Shown: positions 25,289 through 32,000 of the stretch, piece by piece | Position numbering within the stretch: position 1 is the first letter of the stretch | Layout of the letters: each line of letters starts with the position of its first letter | NCBI GenBank assembly: GCA_003858585.1 | Contig: RQZE01000003.1 | Location: forward strand, 90,001 to 122,000 | Length of the DNA: 32,000 nt | Direction of reading: 5' to 3' | From: Erysipelotrichaceae bacterium OH741_COT-311 | GTDB lineage: Bacteria > Bacillota_I > Bacilli_A > Erysipelotrichales > Erysipelotrichaceae | Program-made: the position numbers and the translations under genes | The notes under the pieces: generated by a model | Seen by the model: only the letters and a program-made list of their open reading frames with translations | What the model was told of the DNA's origin: nothing | Database searches by the model: none

Positions 25289-27405
25289 GTTTTATAAAGA
25301 ATAAAGATAAATACATTAAGACTTAAAAGAGATAAAATACTTCCAAGTAGGAATCCTCTTGGTATAAAGGAAAGATGAATTTCATGATTGCCTTCTAAAA
25401 CATCAAAACCTAAGAATCCCTGATCGTTTGTTATGGTTTGTTTTTGGTGATTGATGGTTAATGACCATCCGGCATCATAAGCAATCGGTAAGGTAATGTG
25501 CTTGGCTTTTGATGTTAGGGTTGCGTAAATATGATTATCTTTCAATTCACTTATTTCTAATGGGAATGGTTTAGCGCCATGGTCTATATAAATAGAATAG
25601 TCATTGATGTTTGTTAAAAATTCAAATTTACTATCTTTTGTTAAATCATACATTCCTTTACTATAACGAGGTTGTCCTAAACTAAAGTTTGGTTGTTTTA
25701 CCATATAGTACTTAAAACCTAGTTGACGTAACAGATCAATATCTTGAATATCTAATTGCCAAGTAGTCCATGTGATGTTTAGCTTATCTCTGATAAATGG
25801 AAGAATATCAAATTGATACAAGGAATCATACGTATAGGCAGATTTAAAATCATAGTAGAGATTTACATTAAATGGCATTGGAGCATTAACATCTGTATAA
25901 GGAATATATATACGGTAGAATTGATGTTTATTTTCCAAACCTTTGATATAGTCAATTGCTTTGTTATCTAGTGTTTGATCGAATTCAAATTTCTGAAAGT
26001 CCGGATAACGATGTAATGTTTTTCTAGCTCCATAGCTAACTTCAAATAGTAAAACACCAACTAACAGTAAATAACTATATTTGTGTTTCAAAGATAAAAG
26101 AATGGTATATAGGACAATGAAGCCTAAGGCTAGAAGTAATCCATTGTATTCCGGTTTTAAATGATCCCAAATAACATCATAACGTTTTATTGCATAAAAG
26201 CGTAAGCCAAGAATGATAATACTTAAAATACCTGCTGTTACATATAACCATTTTCTATTTATTGGTTGTTTTAAAACATACATAAGAGCAATAATCATAG
26301 AAGCGATATAGACCAATGTCCAACGGAAAGTTGGTTCTTTTAGACCATGCATCATACTTGCACCATACGGTGTTAATAGAAATATTAGTAAGATACCAAG
26401 TAAACTACTAAGAGCAATACGTTCTTTCTTATTCTTTAATAAAAGAACTTGTGGAAGTAATAATATGGTAAATACAGAGGAGTAAAGAGTTAATTGGTTG
26501 GTTGAATAGTCTGTTGTGTTAAATAACATATGGCCAAGTTCACTGACTTGATAAGGTGCTATAAAGAGTTTTACCAGCATATCAAAGTAGATAAAGGTTG
26601 GATTGTATTTTTTTGTTAAAAGGAAAGATCCGCTTATACGAGGTGATTTCACGAGGTGTAATATCGCTGGGATAATCATAAAGCTTGCCATAAGGACACC
26701 AAGAAGATAAAAACCAATCAGTATTAAAGTATCCATGACATAGTTCTTAAACTGAAATTCTTTTACCATGTAGTAACGAATTGTCCAGTAAAAAGTTAAG
26801 AAAATAGATGTTGTGAAGAAGAAGTAATAATTGGATAAAAGAAGCAGAAAGATAGAAAACGTAAACCATGTATACTTCTTGTTTATTAAAACAGATTCAA
26901 TCCCAATAAATAGTAAAGGTAGTAAGGTATGCCATATTAAAAACATTGGATGTTCCGCAAATAAAGTGGCCCATCCACAGAAGGTATATAGTAAAACACC
27001 AAGTATGCGATGCTTCAAAGAACATTGTAGTTGAATTAAAAAATGATTGAACAAAATTCCGGCTATCAAGAATTTTAAGATATAAGTAACTAGCATTGCC
27101 AAAATTAGGTGTGAACTTGGAAACAGTAAGGTGATATAACTAAAGGGATCTCCTAAAATATAGTAGGCTTTACTTGCCCAGAAGTTAGTACCTAAAAAGA
27201 AATTATGAGACCAAAAGGGAAGTTGTCCACTATGTAGTAAACGGTGAAAATCCTTATAAAAAAATAAATGTTGATACTGAAAGTCATAACCTAAAACAAA
27301 CTTAAGTTGTTTGGTTAAATATGGTAAAAATACTAGGACTACAGCTAAACATAAAATAGCGTACAGATATTTGTTTTCTATAAGATAGGTCTTAATTTTT
27401 TTCAT
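25270..27405 (-). CDS. YfhO-family polytopic membrane glycosyltransferase (GT-C-like)
   Basis: 711 aa. N-terminal multi-TM domain (..FWSHNFFLGTNFWASKAYYILGDPFSY..). C-terminus is IAYDAGWSLTINHQKQTITNDQGFLGFDVLEGNHEIHLSFIPRGFLLG plus a terminal TM helix and KKR. GGTGAT RBS before the ATG. Confidence 0.85.
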   Translation of the reverse strand: MKKIKTYLIENKYLYAILCLAVVLVFLPYLTKQLKFVLGYDFQYQHLFFYKDFHRLLHSGQLPFWSHNFFLGTNFWASKAYYILGDPFSYITLLFPSSHLILAMLVTYILKFLIAGILFNHFLIQLQCSLKHRILGVLLYTFCGWATLFAEHPMFLIWHTLLPLLFIGIESVLINKKYTWFTFSIFLLLLSNYYFFFTTSIFLTFYWTIRYYMVKEFQFKNYVMDTLILIGFYLLGVLMASFMIIPAILHLVKSPRISGSFLLTKKYNPTFIYFDMLVKLFIAPYQVSELGHMLFNTTDYSTNQLTLYSSVFTILLLPQVLLLKNKKERIALSSLLGILLIFLLTPYGASMMHGLKEPTFRWTLVYIASMIIALMYVLKQPINRKWLYVTAGILSIIILGLRFYAIKRYDVIWDHLKPEYNGLLLALGFIVLYTILLSLKHKYSYLLLVGVLLFEVSYGARKTLHRYPDFQKFEFDQTLDNKAIDYIKGLENKHQFYRIYIPYTDVNAPMPFNVNLYYDFKSAYTYDSLYQFDILPFIRDKLNITWTTWQLDIQDIDLLRQLGFKYYMVKQPNFSLGQPRYSKGMYDLTKDSKFEFLTNINDYSIYIDHGAKPFPLEISELKDNHIYATLTSKAKHITLPIAYDAGWSLTINHQKQTITNDQGFLGFDVLEGNHEIHLSFIPRGFLLGSILSLLSLNVFIFILYKTKKRIQ

Positions 27406-27488
27406 TTCATCACCAATATTACTATATCATAAATCATCATTTCTAAGTGACAAAGTTGTTATTAATGGGAATATAGTCATGAGAATTA

Positions 27489-27497
27489 TGCTATAAT
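27489..27497 (+). promoter_or_regulatory. Extended -10 promoter element (TGCTATAAT)
   Basis: TGnTATAAT at 27489-27497, 22 nt upstream of ATG 27520. GAGG (27507-27510) would fall within the short leader. Confidence 0.4.
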
Positions 27498-27519
27498 TAC
27501 TTGGATTGAGGTAAGCAGA

Positions 27520-29379
27520 ATGAAAAAGAAATTATTAAATCATGTGCATATTTTAGTGTTACCATTTTACTTTGTAATAAGTGATGCGTTAGTCCGCATG
27601 TTTGCAGGACTAAGGCTTTTTTCACCGCGTGCTATTGCGTTTTCTTATTTCATAGGCTTATTTTTTAGTAGTCTATCTTTATTGTTAAAAGAAAAAGGAC
27701 AAAAGATTTATTTGTCTATTGTTTTTGTTATTTCGACGTTAGTTGCGTTTAGTCAAAGTTTATACTTTAATTTTTATACTGACTTTTATTCTTTTAATAA
27801 GTTAAGTAATATCAAAGAGTTTTTAGCCGTAAAAGGGGAAACTAGCAAGGCATTTCATATGCAATATTTGCTTTATTTTGTACTGTTAGTGTTTATGATT
27901 GGATGGATTATAAAGATGCACGTTCCAATCCACAATAAAAAACATAAAATACAGCTTGTGTTAGGTTTCGTGCTTTTTGCATTGCTCGGGTATCACTCTG
28001 TTAAGTTCACATTTATAAATAATATGCTTGATTCTACTCAGGTGTATTTAACGGATGATTATTTATATAAGACGTTATATTCGCATCAAAAGGCTGTTGA
28101 GCGTTTTGGTGTCTTTACTCATGCCAATCGTGATTTATTGCGTATTGCAAAGACGTATCTTCAAAAAGCGGATCCAAAAGAGGTAAAAAGAATTGAAGAG
28201 TATTTTGCAAAACATCAACGTGAAAAACAGCATAACGCTATGACAGGCTTATTTGAAAATAAAAATATTGTCTTGATTTTAGCAGAAAGTTTAGACCCAT
28301 GGGGGATTCATCAAGAGATTACACCAACACTTTATAAGATGAAACAAGAAGGAATTTATTTTGAAAATTATTATGCACCAATGTTTAATGCAAGTACCAT
28401 TGATGCTGAATTTATGGTAAATACAGGCTTAGCACCTTCTTTGGAATCTGGTAATACAGCCTATGTCTTTAGTGGTAACACCTTTCCATTATCACTAGCA
28501 AATTTATTTAAGAAGAAGGGTTATAGCGCAAATAGTTATCACAATAGTATTGGTTCTTTTTATAATCGCTATCAGTTTCATGAAGCGCTTGGCTTTAGTG
28601 AGTTTTATGATTCCATCAAGTTAGACATTGAAACACCGAAAAACTTCGGTTATAACTGGGCACTTGATTACGATTTATTTGATAAGGCAAGTGACATTAT
28701 TTTAAAACAGTCTCGTCCTTTCTTTTCTTATTTAATTACGGTAAGTATGCATACTCCATATGATGAAAATCGAATTGCTTTAAAAAAGAATTATGAATAT
28801 GTATCAAAAATTTTACCAAATGAAGACAGTCAAATTATTTATTATTTAGCAGCTGGTAAAGACTTAGATGATGGATTGGAGTTATTCCAAAAAAGACTTG
28901 CAGAAGAAGGGATTTTAGATGATACGGTCTTTGTTGTTTTTGGAGATCATTATTCTTATGGTATGCATCATGATATTATTTGGACTTACGATTTAGATAC
29001 AAAAGGAGATTTTTATAATCTTAAGAAAGTTCCTTTATTAATCTGGACACCAAATATGCAAGGACAAAAGATTAGTGAAATTGCAGGGCAATTTGAAGTG
29101 TATCCAACCCTTGCGAATATGTTTAATTTGGAGTTTAATCCGACTTATAATTTTGGGAATGATATATTTAATGAAGATGAAAATATTGTTGTCTATGGTT
29201 CAAAGAGTATTTGGCGTGATAAAAACTTAGTGTATGATACAGGTAGCATTGGTGCTAAGTATGTAGAGGATGCGGATGAATCTTACATCTTTGAACGAAA
29301 TAGTTACGTGATTGAGCGTTTAAATATGTTTCAAAAAATCTTAGAACAAGATTACTTTAAGGAATTTAAGGGAGAATAA
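27520..29379 (+). CDS. LtaS-family (sulfatase / alkaline-phosphatase superfamily) membrane phospho-transferase, lipoteichoic-acid-synthase-like
   Basis: About 5 N-terminal TM helices followed by an extracytoplasmic domain. That domain carries IVLILAESLDPWG (metal Glu block), FNASTIDAEFMVNTGL (catalytic Thr block, cf. TxDAEF in LtaS) and VVFGDHYSYG (DH block). Confidence 0.75.
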   Translation: MKKKLLNHVHILVLPFYFVISDALVRMFAGLRLFSPRAIAFSYFIGLFFSSLSLLLKEKGQKIYLSIVFVISTLVAFSQSLYFNFYTDFYSFNKLSNIKEFLAVKGETSKAFHMQYLLYFVLLVFMIGWIIKMHVPIHNKKHKIQLVLGFVLFALLGYHSVKFTFINNMLDSTQVYLTDDYLYKTLYSHQKAVERFGVFTHANRDLLRIAKTYLQKADPKEVKRIEEYFAKHQREKQHNAMTGLFENKNIVLILAESLDPWGIHQEITPTLYKMKQEGIYFENYYAPMFNASTIDAEFMVNTGLAPSLESGNTAYVFSGNTFPLSLANLFKKKGYSANSYHNSIGSFYNRYQFHEALGFSEFYDSIKLDIETPKNFGYNWALDYDLFDKASDIILKQSRPFFSYLITVSMHTPYDENRIALKKNYEYVSKILPNEDSQIIYYLAAGKDLDDGLELFQKRLAEEGILDDTVFVVFGDHYSYGMHHDIIWTYDLDTKGDFYNLKKVPLLIWTPNMQGQKISEIAGQFEVYPTLANMFNLEFNPTYNFGNDIFNEDENIVVYGSKSIWRDKNLVYDTGSIGAKYVEDADESYIFERNSYVIERLNMFQKILEQDYFKEFKGE

Positions 29380-29380
29380 G

Positions 29381-30313
29381 ATGAAGAAGTTTAAACAGAT
29401 ATTATCACTTATTATTCTTATAGAAGTAGTTGTCATTGTTGTTATTTCTTTTGCAATTAAAGAAGATCGTAAAAAGAAACAAGCTGAACTGGCAAGTCTT
29501 TGGTTTAATCAATATCATGTAGTAGCCCATGCGATGGGCTCTATTGATCAGTATCCTTACACCAATTCTTTGGAGGCATTTTATGCCAATTATGAAAAAG
29601 GGACTCGTGTATTTGAGGTGGATTTTGGTTTAACAAGTGATCAACATTTAGTGCTGACACATGGCTGGCTCGAGCATAAACAGCAACGTTTAGGTATGTT
29701 GCAGGCAGATGCATTACCAATGAGTTTACAGGAATTTAAAGAGCAAAAGATCTATGGTCAATATACACCGTTGGATGTAAAGGACTTAATGAATCTCATG
29801 CATCAATATCCGGATATTTATGTCATTTTAGATTGGGGGAAACAGTTGGATTGGGATGAAGAGGCAAAAGTGGATCATATCTTTGATATTGAGCAATTAA
29901 TTGCGTTAAATCAACAACTAATCAATGAATTTAAGCAGGAAGATGAAACTTTATTACAACGTGTGATTCCTCAAATTTATTATGAAGATCATTATTATCG
30001 TTTGCATGAAGTATATCCATTTAAACATTACATTTATACATTATATAAAAATTACGATAAAACCAACGCACGTAAAGTAATGCAGTTTATTACTAAGAAT
30101 AAGATTGATGTGGTTACAAGTAATCTTTATGGGAAACAAGCTATGATTACTTCAGAAATAAAACGACAAATTAACTTAGATCGCACAACAAAGGCGTCGA
30201 TGGCAGTGTTTTTACATACGATTAATAACCTTGAAGAAGCTAAAAAATACATAGAAGAAGGATATAAAGGTATGTATAGTGATGGATTAAGTGAAGCGGA
30301 TATGAAGGAATAG
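29381..30313 (+). CDS. Membrane-anchored GDPD / PLC-like phosphodiesterase family protein
   Basis: N-terminal TM helix. VVAHAMGS..YTNSLEAFYANYEKGTRVFEVDFGLTSDQHLVLTHGW is collinear with the GDPD pattern (HRG..ENTLxAF..G.D.IExDV..T.D..vV.HD), but HAMG replaces HRG. Confidence 0.55.
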   Translation: MKKFKQILSLIILIEVVVIVVISFAIKEDRKKKQAELASLWFNQYHVVAHAMGSIDQYPYTNSLEAFYANYEKGTRVFEVDFGLTSDQHLVLTHGWLEHKQQRLGMLQADALPMSLQEFKEQKIYGQYTPLDVKDLMNLMHQYPDIYVILDWGKQLDWDEEAKVDHIFDIEQLIALNQQLINEFKQEDETLLQRVIPQIYYEDHYYRLHEVYPFKHYIYTLYKNYDKTNARKVMQFITKNKIDVVTSNLYGKQAMITSEIKRQINLDRTTKASMAVFLHTINNLEEAKKYIEEGYKGMYSDGLSEADMKE

Positions 30314-30321
30314 GTGATTGT

Positions 30322-31275
30322 ATGAATGTATATGATTTCGATAAAACCATCTATGATGGAGATAGTACCATAGATTTTTATGTGTTTAATGTAAAAAAAG
30401 ACTTACGTTTACTTCGTTTTTTTCCTAAGCAACTCTTTGGTCTTTTTAAGTATTTAGTATTAGGTGCAAGTAAAGAAACATTTAAAGAAGACTTTTATTG
30501 TTACTTAAAAGCGATTGATGTCAATACACGTGTGAAAGAGTTTTGGTCTTTGCATCAAAATAAGATCAAAACGTTTTATTGGAAGCAAAAGAAAGAGGAT
30601 GATGTCATTATCAGTGCTTCATCTGAATTTTTATTAAAACCTGTTATAGAAGTGTTAAAGGTACGTCTTATCGCATCCAAAAATAATCCTAAGACCGGAA
30701 AATTTGAGGGATTGAATTGCTATGGAAAGGAAAAAGTCCACCGTTTCCATCAAGAATATCAAGAAACGATAGATGAATTTTATTCAGATTCTTTCAGCGA
30801 TTTACCAATGAGTCAGTTAGCTATAAAAAGCTATATCGTTAAAAAAGAAGAAATTATACCTTGGGATGAGTATAAACCAAGTACCATTTCAAAGTGTAAG
30901 CAGATGTTTTTTTCCAAACAATTTATACAATTCCTGTTCATAGGTGTTATTAATACCATCAATGGCATTGCGTTTTCCTACTTATATTCTTTGTTTTTAA
31001 ATCCTAATATTGCTTTTATCTTTGGGTATCTTACTTCTTTAGGAATTGCCTATGTTTTAAATAGTACCTTAGTTTTTAAGCATTCATTATCTTTTCAAAC
31101 ATTAACAAAATTTGCGATTTCTTATATTCCTAATTTTATAATTCAAAATTTAGTAGTACTATTAGTATATAATGTTCTACATTTCCATAAATTGATTGCG
31201 TATGGTCTTGCGGCAATCTTGGGTATTCCTATTACATTTATCTTTCTTAAAATTTTTGCATTTAAAAAGCATTAG
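30322..31275 (+). CDS. Fusion protein: N-terminal HAD-superfamily phosphatase-like domain plus C-terminal GtrA-family 4-TM domain
   Basis: The N-terminus MNVYDFDKTIYDGDST carries the HAD motif I, DxDxT (30334..30348). From about aa 195 (nt ~30904) there are four TM helices with GtrA blocks AYVLNSTLVFKH and FIFLKIFAFKKH, comparable to FAYVVNKQFVFE / NYIISKFYVFKK in the stand-alone GtrA at 7559..7960. Confidence 0.7.
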   Translation: MNVYDFDKTIYDGDSTIDFYVFNVKKDLRLLRFFPKQLFGLFKYLVLGASKETFKEDFYCYLKAIDVNTRVKEFWSLHQNKIKTFYWKQKKEDDVIISASSEFLLKPVIEVLKVRLIASKNNPKTGKFEGLNCYGKEKVHRFHQEYQETIDEFYSDSFSDLPMSQLAIKSYIVKKEEIIPWDEYKPSTISKCKQMFFSKQFIQFLFIGVINTINGIAFSYLYSLFLNPNIAFIFGYLTSLGIAYVLNSTLVFKHSLSFQTLTKFAISYIPNFIIQNLVVLLVYNVLHFHKLIAYGLAAILGIPITFIFLKIFAFKKH

Positions 31276-31284
31276 GAGGTTATT

Positions 31285-32000
31285 ATGTTGTTATCGATAA
31301 TTGTTCCCTGTTATAACGAAGAACAAGTTGTAGCTTTGTTTTATCAAGAAGCCATTAAGCATATTTTAGCTTGTAACATGGACTATGAAATTCTTTTTGT
31401 TAATGATGGCTCTAAAGATCAAACACTACAAGAGTGTCTGAAATTAAAAGAAAAAGATCCTCATATTGTTGTTGTTGATTTCAGTCGCAACTTTGGAAAA
31501 GAAGCGGCGATGCTTGCCGGTCTAAGGGAGGCAAAAGGGGACTATGTAGTAATTATGGATAGTGATTTACAAGATCCTCCTTCTCTTTTACCTCAAATGG
31601 TAAATCTTTTAAATAGTGATACTTGTGACAGTGTGGCAACGTATCGAGTAAATCGTAAAGGTGAACCTTTGATTCGTTCGTTTTTTGCACGTTCTTTTTA
31701 CAAGCTCATTAATAAGTTTACAGAAGTAGAGATCGTAGATGGAGCACGTGATTATCGTATGATGAAACGTCAAATGGTCAATGCAATTATTGATTTACCG
31801 GAATATCAACGTTTTTCAAAAGGTATTTTTACGTGGGTTGGCTTTCGCAGTCAATACTTAGAATATGAAAATATTCAGCGGGTGGCAGGGGAAACCAAAT
31901 GGAGTTTCTTTAAGTTGGTGAAGTATGCCATTGAAGGTATTGTTGCTTATACAACAGCACCACTTCGTCTTGCGACAGTGATAGGTATCTTAATGTCCAT
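31285..32000 (+). CDS. GT2 polyprenyl-phosphate glycosyltransferase (GtrB/CsbB-like), 3' end outside window
   Basis: Not in the ORF track because no stop lies within the window. My own translation from ATG 31285 (GGAGG at 31275-31279) gives MLLSIIVPCYNEEQVV..ILFVNDGSKDQT..DFSRNFGKEAAMLAG..VIMDSDLQDPP..TKWSFFKLVKYAIEGIVAYTTAPLRLATVIG. Confidence 0.85.
   Translation, partial: MLLSIIVPCYNEEQVVALFYQEAIKHILACNMDYEILFVNDGSKDQTLQECLKLKEKDPHIVVVDFSRNFGKEAAMLAGLREAKGDYVVIMDSDLQDPPSLLPQMVNLLNSDTCDSVATYRVNRKGEPLIRSFFARSFYKLINKFTEVEIVDGARDYRMMKRQMVNAIIDLPEYQRFSKGIFTWVGFRSQYLEYENIQRVAGETKWSFFKLVKYAIEGIVAYTTAPLRLATVIGILMS

Noticed and set aside
115-27034. Short antisense or nested ORFs in the track: 115..312, 2773..2976, 3658..3885, 6240..6455, 6600..6797, 7571..7753, 7862..8137, 9209..9433, 9861..10055, 12778..12966, 13844..14107 and 22177..22362 (all - strand), and 26831..27034 (+ strand).
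   Set aside because: Each lies entirely inside, or antisense to, a long ORF with clear family motifs. They have low-complexity or unnatural compositions and no RBS. Their sizes (60-90 aa) are what is expected by chance in AT-rich DNA.
27406-27519. A - strand extended -10 element (TGATATAGT, rc of 27421-27429) as the promoter of the - strand YfhO gene.
   Set aside because: It would place the transcription start inside or after the GGTGAT ribosome-binding site (27409-27414). It is therefore unlikely to be the functional promoter. The true promoter cannot be fixed from sequence alone.
1-32000. Mobile element, prophage, CRISPR array or defence island.
   Set aside because: There is no transposase, integrase or recombinase-like ORF. 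There are no terminal inverted repeats or regularly spaced direct repeats. There are no nuclease, helicase or ATPase-type ORFs. By eye, composition is uniform across the window.

Overview
The window is strongly AT-rich and almost entirely coding. It looks like a low-GC Firmicute, possibly a gut Erysipelotrichia- or Clostridia-like organism, but that guess has low confidence. The whole 32 kb reads as a composite cell-envelope glycan locus. I found no rRNA, tRNA, CRISPR array, transposase, integrase or recognisable defence genes. All family calls come from motifs read by eye in the supplied translations. No database search was run.

Layout:
- (i) The 3' part of a YfhO-type gene (<1..1097) sits convergent with a small membrane-anchored protein of unknown function. 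The two share a hairpin terminator.
- (ii) A + strand array runs 1898..15484. It encodes a Wzx-like flippase, a DAO-family flavoprotein, two membrane-anchored GT2 enzymes and a DegT-type aminotransferase. A strong internal terminator follows, then GtrA, a GtrB-like GT2, three soluble GT2, a GT4, a Wzy/O-antigen-ligase-like protein and one more GT2.
- (iii) An ORF-free spacer of about 0.9 kb (15485..16381).
- (iv) An operon at 16391..25263 encodes YfhO, an uncharacterised polytopic membrane protein, a UbiA-family enzyme with the polyprenyl-phosphate phosphoribosyltransferase signature, two DHHW/AlgJ-like proteins and an MBOAT.
- (v) A third YfhO gene lies on the - strand (25270..27405).
- (vi) An operon at 27520..>32000 encodes an LtaS-like transferase, a GDPD-like phosphodiesterase, a HAD-phosphatase::GtrA fusion and a GtrB-like GT2 cut by the window edge.

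The best candidate for something undescribed is operon (iv). There the usual GT2 donor synthase of the YfhO 'three-component' glycosylation scheme is replaced by a PRPP-type UbiA phosphoribosyltransferase. A HAD::GtrA fusion nearby could supply the dephosphorylation and flipping steps. This is inference and needs experimental or comparative confirmation.
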